DNA of 64,000 bases, taken from the NCBI GenBank assembly GCA_910587025.1, contig CAJUKR010000003.1, positions 116-64,115 of the forward strand. Reading direction: 5' to 3'. The DNA is from an uncultured Christensenellaceae bacterium. GTDB lineage: Bacteria > Bacillota > Clostridia > Christensenellales > Pumilibacteraceae. A program made the position numbers and the translations under genes. This document shows, piece after piece, positions 54,586 to 63,450 of this stretch. The notes beneath the pieces are model-generated. The model was not told where the DNA came from. It saw nothing but the letters and a program-made list of their open reading frames with translations, and made no database searches. Every line of letters begins with the position of its first letter. Position 1 is the first letter of the stretch.

Positions 54586-55758
54586 ATGCCGAAAAAGGAT
54601 TATAACTTCGAATACGAAACGTCGGTCGGGAGTCTTACGGACAGACCCCGACTGCTTTTGCATACTTGTTGCGCTCCGTGTCTTGCGGCGGCGATCGTGT
54701 CGGTGACCGCGCATTTCGACGTTACGCTCTATTATTACAATCCGAATATTTATCCTTTGACCGAGTACGAAAAGCGTTTGAGCGAGATAAAGAAACTTGT
54801 TTCGGCGCTCGGCGCAGACGCAAAGATCGTTGCCGAGCCGTACGACAGGACAGATTACGACAAAGCCGTCGGCGAGTATAAGGGCGGAAAAGAACACGGC
54901 GGGAAATGCGAACGGTGTCTTTCGGACAGACTGGAAAGGACGGCGAAGAAAGCCGCGGCGGACGGGTACGATTATTTTTCCACGACGCTGACGTCGAGCC
55001 CTCTTAAGTCCGCGGAGTTTCTGAATGAAACAATGCGCGCTCTTTCCGCTGTTTACGGCGTGAAATTTTTGCCCTGCGATTTCAAAAAAAAGAACGGCGC
55101 ATTGCGTTCGAAAGAGCTGTGCGAAAAGTTCGGGATTTACCGACAGCGGTATTGCGGCTGTACTCCGCCACGCGTGACGGTTGCGGTCACGGGCGGGATC
55201 GCAAGCGGAAAATCGACTTTTACGCGTATGCTCGGCGAACTCGGCGCATATACTATCGACGCGGATAAAGTAACGCGCGAACTTCAGGCGGAAGGGAGCG
55301 ACGTCAACGCGCTGATCAAACGCGAATTTCCGAACGCGGTCGTCGTAGGCAGGCTCGACAGAGCAAAGCTGAAAGCGGAAGTGTTTTCCGACCCGTCCAA
55401 ACTGAAGGCTTTGGAAAGCATAGTACATCCCGCGGTAGGTAAAGAACTCGCTTTGCGAATTGCCCGCGCCGACGCCGAGATCGTCGTCGTGGAAGTGCCG
55501 TTACTTTTCGAATGCAATCTGAGCGGTATTGCCGACATTACGGTAAACGTTGCTTCGTCGGACGAATCGCGGAGATTGCGCGCAAAGCAGCGGGACGGTA
55601 TTACCGACGAAATGTTCGACGCGGTGGCGGCGGCGCAGATGAGCGGCGATGAGCGCAGGCGTCTGGCGGACGTTACGGTCGAAAACGACGGGGACGCCGA
55701 ATCGCTGCGCTTACAGGCAAAGGAGCTTATGACAAGATGCGTGGCGATGTTAAAATAA
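54586..55758 (+). CDS. fusion protein: epoxyqueuosine reductase QueH (DUF208) + dephospho-CoA kinase CoaE
   Basis: 390 aa. The N-terminal part has 'LLLHTCCAPC', 'YYYNPNIYP', 'CERC' and 'YRQRYCGC' (QueH). From about aa 196 come 'VAVTGGIASGKST' and 'IDADKV...VVEVPLLFE' (CoaE). Confidence 0.85.
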   Translation: MPKKDYNFEYETSVGSLTDRPRLLLHTCCAPCLAAAIVSVTAHFDVTLYYYNPNIYPLTEYEKRLSEIKKLVSALGADAKIVAEPYDRTDYDKAVGEYKGGKEHGGKCERCLSDRLERTAKKAAADGYDYFSTTLTSSPLKSAEFLNETMRALSAVYGVKFLPCDFKKKNGALRSKELCEKFGIYRQRYCGCTPPRVTVAVTGGIASGKSTFTRMLGELGAYTIDADKVTRELQAEGSDVNALIKREFPNAVVVGRLDRAKLKAEVFSDPSKLKALESIVHPAVGKELALRIARADAEIVVVEVPLLFECNLSGIADITVNVASSDESRRLRAKQRDGITDEMFDAVAAAQMSGDERRRLADVTVENDGDAESLRLQAKELMTRCVAMLK

Positions 55759-56231
55759 AACAAAGTATTGTCCTTTTTGCCGTTATCACAGTGATAGCGG
55801 CATTATATTTCGCGGCGGTCGGATTTTTCCCGCTTAAATATTCCGCCGAAGTGCGCGAGGCGGGAGAAAAGTTCGATCTCGACGAAAACCTGATAAGAGC
55901 GGTGATCCTGACCGAGAGCGGATACGACGAGTCCGCCGTGAGCTCGGCGGGCGCGGAAGGGCTTATGCAACTCATGCCGTCCACGCGGAGATGGATATCC
56001 GAAACGAGCGGCATTCCGTCCGACGGGAGCGCTCGCAGCGAGATACTTCTCGGCTCGGCATACCTGCGTTATCTTCTCGATCTGACTGGCGACGAAACGG
56101 ACGCGCTCATGTCGTATAACGCCGGTTACTCGAACGTGCTGAAATGGAAGCAGGGCGGCACTCCGTTCCCCGAAACGGTGGAATATGTGCGCAAAGTGAG
56201 GTTTTTCGGAAAAATATACGCTTTGCTCTGA
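55737..56231 (+). CDS. membrane-anchored lytic transglycosylase (SLT domain)
   Basis: 164 aa with an N-terminal TM helix, the catalytic 'TESGYDESAVSSAGAEGLMQLMPST', and 'AYNAGYSNV'. It overlaps the previous gene by 22 nt. Confidence 0.87.
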   Translation: MRGDVKIKQSIVLFAVITVIAALYFAAVGFFPLKYSAEVREAGEKFDLDENLIRAVILTESGYDESAVSSAGAEGLMQLMPSTRRWISETSGIPSDGSARSEILLGSAYLRYLLDLTGDETDALMSYNAGYSNVLKWKQGGTPFPETVEYVRKVRFFGKIYALL

Positions 56232-56235
56232 CCGC

Positions 56236-56264
56236 TTGACCGTGAACGGCGATTTTGCTATAAT
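56236..56264 (+). promoter_or_regulatory. sigma-A promoter abutting the WYL regulator start (candidate leaderless)
   Basis: TTGACC (56236-56241), a 17-nt spacer, then TATAAT (56259-56264). Only 9 nt remain before the ATG at 56274, and there is no Shine-Dalgarno. Confidence 0.55.
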
Positions 56265-56273
56265 TTGTATATT

Positions 56274-57200
56274 ATGAACATTTCGCGCATTTACGGCATA
56301 TTGATAATGCTTATAAACAACCGCCGCGTCCGACGCGACGAGCTTGCCGCGCACTTCGAGATCGCGCCGCGTACGGTTCAACGTTATATCGACGAACTGA
56401 TCGCGGGCGGAGTTCCGATCGAAGCCGCGAAAGGCAAGCACGGCGGATATTACATACCCGACAGTTACAAGATGCCTTATCTGCTGTTTACGCCCGACGA
56501 ACTCGGACGCGTCAAGGCGTGTCTGACCGCGCTCGGCGGTACGTTCAGGGACGGGATCGGCGAAAGCGTTTACGAAAAACTTACGGCGCTCGAAAAGGGC
56601 GCGGCGGTCGCGGGTGCGGTTCCGCCGCTCGTTATCGATTCGGACGCCTGGAACGGACGGTCGGGTTCGCTTCAGTCCCGGCTCGACGCCGTTCAGGCGG
56701 CGATCTCGGACAGTCGTACGATCGCGATAAACTATACCGACAAAAACGGCAAGTCGTCCGTGCGCAAACTCGATCCGTATACGCTTGCGCTCAAGGAAGG
56801 CGTGTGGTACGTTTACGGACGGTGTCATATACATGACGAATTTCGTCTTTTCCGCCTTGCACGAATGAAAGGCATCGAGCTTACCGAGGATATTTTCACG
56901 CGGAAAGAGGGCGCAGACGTACGAATTGCGCTGTCGGCAGATCTGGGCGAGCGTATAAGCATCGAGCTCGAATTCGACGAATCGGCGCTCGCGGGAATAG
57001 AGGAGTGGCTGGGAGCGGAGTCGGTCAGACGTACGGACAAGCTCGTTTGCCGTGCGATCGTGGGAGACGGGGACGACCTCGTACGTAAGATATTGTCGTT
57101 CGGCACGCGGGTCAGAGTGACCGCGCCGCGCCGTCTCGCCGAGCGCGTCGAAGCGGTCGCGGAAGAAATCGCGGCGCATTATCGTAAAAATTTTATATAA
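56274..57200 (+). CDS. HTH-WYL-domain transcriptional regulator (YafY/PafBC-like)
   Basis: 308 aa. The N-terminal HTH is 'RRDELAAHFEIAPRTVQRYIDEL'. The WYL core is 'RKLDPYTLALKEGVWYVYGRC', and a C-terminal WCX-like region follows. Confidence 0.85.
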   Translation: MNISRIYGILIMLINNRRVRRDELAAHFEIAPRTVQRYIDELIAGGVPIEAAKGKHGGYYIPDSYKMPYLLFTPDELGRVKACLTALGGTFRDGIGESVYEKLTALEKGAAVAGAVPPLVIDSDAWNGRSGSLQSRLDAVQAAISDSRTIAINYTDKNGKSSVRKLDPYTLALKEGVWYVYGRCHIHDEFRLFRLARMKGIELTEDIFTRKEGADVRIALSADLGERISIELEFDESALAGIEEWLGAESVRRTDKLVCRAIVGDGDDLVRKILSFGTRVRVTAPRRLAERVEAVAEEIAAHYRKNFI

Positions 57201-57225
57201 AAGTAAAAAAGTACCCCAAAACAGT

Positions 57226-57254
57226 TTGAAAAAACCGTGGCGGTATGATAGAAT
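57226..57254 (+). promoter_or_regulatory. sigma-A promoter (extended -10) of the M28-like membrane protein gene
   Basis: TTGAAA (57226-57231), a 17-nt spacer, then TGaTAGAAT (57249-57254). Confidence 0.55.
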
Positions 57255-57305
57255 ATTACGGATAGTGACAAATATTTCTAAATCATAAAGCGAGGAAACA
57301 TATAA

Positions 57306-60038
57306 ATGAACGAAGAGCAAAAAGTTGAACGGACTGCGCCGCTTATGCCTAAGAAGTTCGGAGCGATATACTACTCCGCGCTCGGGCTTGCGCTTGTGCT
57401 TCTGTTGATATTCTCTTTTGTGACATACTATTTTGCGGGCGCGTCCGTTTCGACGTCGGTGGACGTAAACGCCGCTCACGCAAACGCCGTTGCGCTTGCT
57501 CGGACGGAGCGCAATACTTATGCGAAAAATACTCTTTCGTCCGCCGTCGAACAGATCGACGGTTGGCTTTCGGGCATCGACGGACTTACGCGAGTTACGG
57601 CGACAAAGTCCGACGGCACCGTAGACAAAGAGGACGGAGAGGATCAGAAGATTACCGCCGCGCTCGCAGACGGTCCGACTTATACCGTACAGGATTTCGA
57701 AGCGCTCGATTATACGCTCGATCTCGATACCGTGGGTGATATGACCCACGGCGATTATGCGGGTTACGAAGCGAATATACTCGCGTCGCGACAGGTCAAG
57801 AACTTTATCGTGACCATTCCGGGCAGCGGCGACGACGCGGTGCTGTTTATGACGCATTACGATTCCGCTCCGGGCTCGGTTGGCGCGTCTTCCGCATCCG
57901 CGGTGGCGGCTATGATAGGCACTGTGGAAGCGCTGGTAAGCGAAGATATAAAGCCGATCAACGACCTTGTGTTCGTCATCACCGAAGGCAGATACGAAAG
58001 CAGTGTCGGTGCATACGCATTCAGAAATCAGTTCGAGGGGTTCGACAAGGTTTGTTCGCGCGTGAAAGCGGCGTTTAACTTCGACGCGATCACCGCGGGC
58101 GGAGCTCTTACTCTCATTCAGTCTTCCGAAGGCGATTCGGGCATAATGTCCGGTTATCTTATGTCGGGTGCAAGCGTACGTACCGATTCGTCCGTCGCTT
58201 CGCTTATGGACGGAGACCTGACTTCCGATTTCGATATCTTTTATGATTTCGCCAACGGCTCGTGGCGTGTTCCCGCGCTCAACTTCATGACGACTGCGGG
58301 AAGCGTTACGGCAGGTTCTTCGGGCGACAATACCGAAAACGTGGGCGAGAACGTGACCGCGCAGTATGCGTCGGCAATGGACAACCTCGCAAGACATTTC
58401 GGTTTTGCCGATTTGGACGGCATGGCGGCAGGAGCCGAATCCGCGACCGCGACCTATCTCGGCGCGGGCTTCGGTATGCACGGCGTTGCCGTTTACGTCA
58501 TTGCGGCTCTTCTCGTCGTTCTTCTTATAGGTACGCTTGTCGTCGGAGCGAAGAAAAAAGCGTTCGGGCTCGAAAATACTTTCAAGGGCGCGGCGGGTGT
58601 ATTGATCTCGCTTGCCCTGTCGCTCGGCGCATTCTTTATCGCTTATTTCCTCATCGGACTGCTTACCGTGGCTTTCGGCGCGGCAAGTATGAATATGTTG
58701 TTTACGGCGCATCTTCTTACTCCCGCCGTGCTTCTTCCCGCAATACTTTTCGCCGCGGTCGTTCAGTGCGGAATATTCCCGATCGCAAAGCGCGGACTGA
58801 AAGTCAAGGCGGGCGACTGCGTTCGCGGCGGCGCCGTGCTTCAGATACTTACGGCGGCGGTTTTCGGGTTTGTGAACCCGTCCGGTGCGCTTCCGTTTAT
58901 TATCATCGCCATAGGCAACGTTGCCGTTATGCTCGCAAGCGCGCTTCTTAAGGATTTGTTCAGAGCGAAATTCGGCTTCGGTATGGAGCGTTTGTTCCTT
59001 TATACCGTTCCCGCGATTTTCGGTCTTCCTCTTCTTATCCAGGCGACCATGGTTGTCAGCAATCTGTTCGCAACTATCTCGATGCCTTTCATGCTTGTCG
59101 CCATAGCGATGCTTCTTACTTCGATCACGCCGTACTTCGATTATCTCCAGCCCGTGCTCGCCGACGCTTTCTATAAGCTTCCCAAGCACACTGTTCCGGT
59201 CGTCGAAGTCGTGTCCGAAGAAAGGGAAGACGCCGCGAAAAAAGGCAAATTCGAAACGGTTACCGAAACCAAAGTGGTGCGCCGTAAAGTGGCGTGGAAT
59301 TATCATAACTGGTTCGGCGTTACCGTTCTCACCGTTCTTACAGTGATCGCGCTTCTTATAGGCGCGCCCGTAAGTTCGGCTGTGAACATTTCGGGTCCGA
59401 ACAATTTCGTTTCGGGTTACGACTTCAGAATGAATTCGACCACCGATTCGATCTTCGACGATTCCGTGGTTTGTTATGTGGACGGTTCCGTATCCGGTTC
59501 GGGCAGATATTACTGGCTCATTAAAGACGAAAACGTCTATCAGTCGATAAAAGGTCTTGCGGGCTACGATTATTGGGAATGGACGTACGACGACAATCTC
59601 GGCGCGTATAAGAAAGAAGTCGCCACCGAAGCGATGCCTTCGTTCTCGTCCAAGCTGTTTGACAAGAGTACCGAAACGGAGGGCAAGACGGTCATAGACG
59701 TAAGCCCGACGTACGTCGCTTCGTCGCAGGTCAGAATGCGTCTAAGCAATCTTCGTGCGGGCGATAAGATCACGGTAATAAAGAACGATGATACCGATTA
59801 TGTTCTTACCGTATCCAACCCCGCAAGTTACGTTACCCTCGAGTTGCCTTACGGTTACGGCAATTGCACGATCGAGATCGAAACCTCGTCGTCGAGCATT
59901 CTTGTGGACGGTTACGAGTATTCGAACAGCCCCGTCGCGCTCAACCTCGCGTACGAACACTATGCCGATATGGAAGAATATTTCGCAACGCTCGGAAAAG
60001 AACTCGGCATCGGGTTCATGCTTCGCGGAACGGCATAA
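57306..60038 (+). CDS. large polytopic membrane protein with degenerate M28-peptidase-like ectodomain and C-terminal beta-rich domain (910 aa)
   Basis: An N-terminal TM helix is followed by 'VLFMTHYDSAPGSVGASSASAVAAM', 'VFVITEGRYESSVGAYAF' and 'AFNFDAITAGG', which are M28-like blocks. Then come about 9 TM helices (aa ~425-700), one further TM helix, and a tail domain of about 190 aa. Confidence 0.65.
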   Translation: MNEEQKVERTAPLMPKKFGAIYYSALGLALVLLLIFSFVTYYFAGASVSTSVDVNAAHANAVALARTERNTYAKNTLSSAVEQIDGWLSGIDGLTRVTATKSDGTVDKEDGEDQKITAALADGPTYTVQDFEALDYTLDLDTVGDMTHGDYAGYEANILASRQVKNFIVTIPGSGDDAVLFMTHYDSAPGSVGASSASAVAAMIGTVEALVSEDIKPINDLVFVITEGRYESSVGAYAFRNQFEGFDKVCSRVKAAFNFDAITAGGALTLIQSSEGDSGIMSGYLMSGASVRTDSSVASLMDGDLTSDFDIFYDFANGSWRVPALNFMTTAGSVTAGSSGDNTENVGENVTAQYASAMDNLARHFGFADLDGMAAGAESATATYLGAGFGMHGVAVYVIAALLVVLLIGTLVVGAKKKAFGLENTFKGAAGVLISLALSLGAFFIAYFLIGLLTVAFGAASMNMLFTAHLLTPAVLLPAILFAAVVQCGIFPIAKRGLKVKAGDCVRGGAVLQILTAAVFGFVNPSGALPFIIIAIGNVAVMLASALLKDLFRAKFGFGMERLFLYTVPAIFGLPLLIQATMVVSNLFATISMPFMLVAIAMLLTSITPYFDYLQPVLADAFYKLPKHTVPVVEVVSEEREDAAKKGKFETVTETKVVRRKVAWNYHNWFGVTVLTVLTVIALLIGAPVSSAVNISGPNNFVSGYDFRMNSTTDSIFDDSVVCYVDGSVSGSGRYYWLIKDENVYQSIKGLAGYDYWEWTYDDNLGAYKKEVATEAMPSFSSKLFDKSTETEGKTVIDVSPTYVASSQVRMRLSNLRAGDKITVIKNDDTDYVLTVSNPASYVTLELPYGYGNCTIEIETSSSSILVDGYEYSNSPVALNLAYEHYADMEEYFATLGKELGIGFMLRGTA

Positions 60039-60062
60039 CGGTTATTTACACGTCATTTAACG

Positions 60063-60091
60063 AAAAGAGCGGAGCGATTCCGCTCTTTTTT
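60063..60091 (+). terminator. intrinsic terminator
   Basis: AAAAGAGCGG-AGCGATT-CCGCTCTTTTTT. Confidence 0.85.
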
Positions 60092-60129
60092 GCGGAAAAA
60101 ATAATATTTTCGCATTCCCGTTCTTTTGC

Positions 60130-60158
60130 TTGCAAAATACTTGTTTTCATGCTAAAAT
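60130..60158 (+). promoter_or_regulatory. sigma-A promoter of the GH95-dapB unit
   Basis: TTGCAA (60130-60135), a 17-nt spacer, then TAAAAT (60153-60158). Confidence 0.5.
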
Positions 60159-60237
60159 ACTATGTATGGAAATTTCGCCGTTTCGGCGTAATTTGTTTGT
60201 TTAATCGAGAAAAATATCCGGAAACGGAGGTCTATTT

Positions 60238-62625
60238 ATGGTAAATATCAGAAAACCCAAAAACGCTTTGAAGTTCAATAAACCGGCTTCGTGGTGGGGC
60301 TCCACATGGCGTGAAGCTCTTCCTACGGGCAACGGCGTGATCGGTGCGGCTGTATACGGCGGCGCCGGAGACGACGTGGTCATGATCAATCACGGCGATT
60401 TGTGGTGGCAGGGGCATGTCGGCGTTTTGCAGGATGTTGCCGACAAGCTCGCGTCCGTCCGCAAGAAGCTGGACGATAACAGTCCCGCGACCGCGCAGGA
60501 CATTCTTTCGGGCGCGCTTATTTCCAAGAATTACAGACCTCTTATGTCGTATCCTCTTCCGCTTTGCGATTTCCGCATAAGTCAGCCGCTCGATAAGTCC
60601 GCGCGCGACTATCAGCGTATTCTCAACATGGAGAACGGGGAAGTTTCGGTCGTTTTCCGCGACGGCACGACGAAGTACGAACGTTCGACGTTCGTTTCCC
60701 GTGCGAATAATCTCGTTTGTTACGAAATCACGAAGTCGGGCAATAAGAGTATAGACGTTACTTTTTCGCTCGGTATGCACGATAAGTTCAACTCCCGTAC
60801 TCCCGTATCGGTAAGCAAAATGCCGGACGGACTGAACGTTAAGTACGAAAATTTCTTTATGTATTTTTCCGCGCGCTCGGATAACGGAACCGATTTCGGT
60901 TGCGTCGCGCGTATAAACCATTTCGGCGGTACGCAGACTGTGGATCCGCAGAACGGAATAACGATAAAGGGCGCGGAAAAGGTACTTGTTCTCATAAGCC
61001 CGTTTATCGAAAGCCAGCGTGAAAAGGAATGGAAAAATCGCAAGTCGTCTCTCACTTCGGTAAAACTCACTTACGATAAGTTGCTTAAAGAACATACCGG
61101 TCTTCATTCGCGGCTTTTCTCGTCCGCGGAACTCGATCTCGAGGCTTCGGATCGCGACGTTGCCGTCGACCGTTTGCTCGACGATGCGTTCGTCAACGGC
61201 GAACTTCCGCTTGCTTTGGTGGAAAAATTGTGGGCGTTCGGACGTTTCCTGCTTATTTGCGGGGCGTCGCCAGTAACACAGCCCTGTCCGCCTTACGGGC
61301 TTTGGTGCGGTGATTTCAAAGCGCCTGATTCCAATATCGACGCATCCGGTCCGCTTCAGATGATGTACGAACAGATCTTCGCGGGCAATCTTTGCGATTA
61401 TGTCAATTCGATACATAACTATTATAACAACGTTCTCGACGATCTGAAAAAGAATGCGTCCAGACTTTACGGTTGCCGCGGCATTATGATCCCTTCGGTC
61501 ATCGCTCACGGTACCGGCGCGCTCGGAACTACCGATCCCGCGGCCATTCATTTCACTGCCGCCGCAGGTTGGGTTTCTCAGCTTTTCTTTGATTATTACC
61601 GCTTTACGGGCGACGATAAATTCCTTAAAGCAAAAGCAATGCCGTTCATGAAAGACGTGGCGTCTTTCTATGAGGAGTTCCTGAAACTCAAGGACGGAAA
61701 ATACGAATCGTCGCCGTCGTACAGCCCGAATACCACTCCGGGAAACTGGGTGATAGGCAACGAAGAATTGAAAATAGCGCGTAACGCCACGGTGGACTTC
61801 GCCGTGATCCGCGAACTGCTTTCCGATCTTGTCAGCGGAAGCAAAGTAACGGGAATGTATAAAGACGAAGTTCAGAAATGGGAATATATGCTTTCGTGCA
61901 TACCGTCGTATACGACCAACGCCGACGGTACGGTCAGAGAATACTGCGACAGCGAGTATGCGGATAACGACGCTTCGCCGTCCGCGGCTATGTTCTATCC
62001 CGTTTTCCCGGGCACGGAAGTTGGCGCGGCGTATCCCGAACTCGTGCGTTCGTTTTCGCTGACTGCGCATAAAAAACTCGATACGGCGAGAAAATCTTTC
62101 ACGGCAGGCAGCCTGGCGCGTTATGCGAACGTGCTTGCCCGCACGGGCGACGGCGATGAAGCGTACGACGTTATCGTTAAAATGGTACGTTCGATGAGTA
62201 TGCAAAACCTCGTGTTCGCTACGAACGACTGGCGCGGAATGGGCATAGGAAAGGAAGACAGCTGGGCGACGTATTCGCTCGAGGGAAATATGGGCGTGAC
62301 GAATGCGATGCAGGAAATGATCCTTCAGTCCACCGACTCGACGATTTTCGTTCTTCCCGCGCTTCCGAAAGATTTCGAGCGCGGCTCGATCGACGGATTC
62401 CTTACGCGTACCGGCGCGGAAATCAGCCTGACTTGGAACTCTCGCCGCGGTACGGCTAATATAAAGCTCAAATCGCGTAAAGCCGTCACTGTCAATGTCA
62501 AACTCCCGTCAGGTTCGGGATATAAGTCCGGAAAGCTGGGAGAGTCGTTCGACGCCGAAACCGCTACGGTCAGCGGTCTCAAATTGGCGGCAAATAAACC
62601 CGTATCGTTGGATATTCGCTTTTAA
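60238..62625 (+). CDS. glycoside hydrolase family 95-like protein (alpha-L-fucosidase/galactosidase family), no signal peptide
   Basis: 795 aa. The N-terminal block 'PASWWGSTWREALPTGNGVIGAAVYGG...VMINHGDLWWQG' is typical of the GH95 N-domain, and an (alpha/alpha)6-sized core follows. Confidence 0.8.
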   Translation: MVNIRKPKNALKFNKPASWWGSTWREALPTGNGVIGAAVYGGAGDDVVMINHGDLWWQGHVGVLQDVADKLASVRKKLDDNSPATAQDILSGALISKNYRPLMSYPLPLCDFRISQPLDKSARDYQRILNMENGEVSVVFRDGTTKYERSTFVSRANNLVCYEITKSGNKSIDVTFSLGMHDKFNSRTPVSVSKMPDGLNVKYENFFMYFSARSDNGTDFGCVARINHFGGTQTVDPQNGITIKGAEKVLVLISPFIESQREKEWKNRKSSLTSVKLTYDKLLKEHTGLHSRLFSSAELDLEASDRDVAVDRLLDDAFVNGELPLALVEKLWAFGRFLLICGASPVTQPCPPYGLWCGDFKAPDSNIDASGPLQMMYEQIFAGNLCDYVNSIHNYYNNVLDDLKKNASRLYGCRGIMIPSVIAHGTGALGTTDPAAIHFTAAAGWVSQLFFDYYRFTGDDKFLKAKAMPFMKDVASFYEEFLKLKDGKYESSPSYSPNTTPGNWVIGNEELKIARNATVDFAVIRELLSDLVSGSKVTGMYKDEVQKWEYMLSCIPSYTTNADGTVREYCDSEYADNDASPSAAMFYPVFPGTEVGAAYPELVRSFSLTAHKKLDTARKSFTAGSLARYANVLARTGDGDEAYDVIVKMVRSMSMQNLVFATNDWRGMGIGKEDSWATYSLEGNMGVTNAMQEMILQSTDSTIFVLPALPKDFERGSIDGFLTRTGAEISLTWNSRRGTANIKLKSRKAVTVNVKLPSGSGYKSGKLGESFDAETATVSGLKLAANKPVSLDIRF

Positions 62626-62640
62626 GCAGAGGAAATCATC

Positions 62641-63387
62641 ATGAAAATTTTTCTTACGGGAATAAACGGCAAAATGGGAAAAGCGATCGTTTCGGTCGCG
62701 GAAAATACCGAAGGCGTGGAGATCGTCGGCGGCTTGGACGTCGTGAAGGGCGGAGCATATCCCGTCTTTTCGTGCGCGTCAGAAGTTAATGTTGAGTATG
62801 ACTGCATAGTCGATTTTTCCCGTCCTTCGACGCTTAAAGACGTTATTTCGCTCGCCGTCGCACGCAAAGTCCCCGTAGTTATCGCTACGACCGGATACGA
62901 TAAAGCTCAGCTTGCCGAGATCGACGAACTTGCTCGTAAAGTCCCCGTATTTCGCTCGGCTAATATGAGTATAGGAGTAAACGTTGTGGAAAGCGTGTTG
63001 CCGCTTCTTGCGTCCGCGCTCGATGGCTTCGATATAGAACTTGTGGAAGCGCATCATAATCAGAAGGTCGATGCGCCGTCGGGAACTGCCAAGCAGATGC
63101 TCGAAGCCGTTGAAAAAGGACTGAACTACAAGCCCGAGTACGTCGACGGAAGATCGGGTGAGAGCAAGCGCAAAAAAGGCGATATAGGCGTTCACGCCGT
63201 GCGCGGGGGGACAATCGTCGGCGAACACACGGTGATATTCGCGGGTGACGACGAAATCATAGAGATCAAACATACGGCGCTTTCTCGCAGGATATTCGCG
63301 GTCGGTTCGATAAAAGCCGCGTTGTTTCTCAAAGGCAGGAAAGCGGGCATGTACAATATGACGGACTATTTGAAAAGCAATAAATAA
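62641..63387 (+). CDS. dapB: 4-hydroxy-tetrahydrodipicolinate reductase
   Basis: 248 aa with 'GINGKMGKAI', 'DFSRPS', 'ATTGY' and 'EAHHNQKVDAPSGTA'. Confidence 0.95.
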   Translation: MKIFLTGINGKMGKAIVSVAENTEGVEIVGGLDVVKGGAYPVFSCASEVNVEYDCIVDFSRPSTLKDVISLAVARKVPVVIATTGYDKAQLAEIDELARKVPVFRSANMSIGVNVVESVLPLLASALDGFDIELVEAHHNQKVDAPSGTAKQMLEAVEKGLNYKPEYVDGRSGESKRKKGDIGVHAVRGGTIVGEHTVIFAGDDEIIEIKHTALSRRIFAVGSIKAALFLKGRKAGMYNMTDYLKSNK

Positions 63388-63389
63388 TT

Positions 63390-63416
63390 AAAATCCGACG
63401 TAAAAGTCGGATTTTT
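63390..63416 (+). terminator. intrinsic terminator after dapB
   Basis: AAAATCCGAC-GTAAAA-GTCGGATTTTT. Confidence 0.85.
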
Positions 63417-63450
63417 AAGTTATGCGAAATTTGAGGAAAACAGAAAAAAT

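Noticed and set aside
55803-59306. A 1167-aa minus-strand ORF spanning four annotated plus-strand genes and two intergenic regions.
   Set aside because: It lies in the codon-aligned antisense register of three consecutive plus-strand genes that happen to share one frame (starts at 55737, 56274 and 57306, all 0 mod 3). In that register, stops arise only from sense TTA/CTA/TCA codons, which this genome uses rarely. The translation is Arg/His/Phe-rich low-information sequence with no family motif and no Shine-Dalgarno. The sense genes, in contrast, carry clear SLT, WYL and M28-like motifs.
56274-60038. The WYL regulator as a marker of an anti-phage defence island.
   Set aside because: The neighbourhood has no nuclease, helicase/ATPase, methyltransferase, reverse transcriptase, TIR/SIR2 or toxin-like gene. 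The flanks are a lytic transglycosylase, a membrane pseudo-peptidase and a GH95. I kept it only as a regulator/cargo pair.
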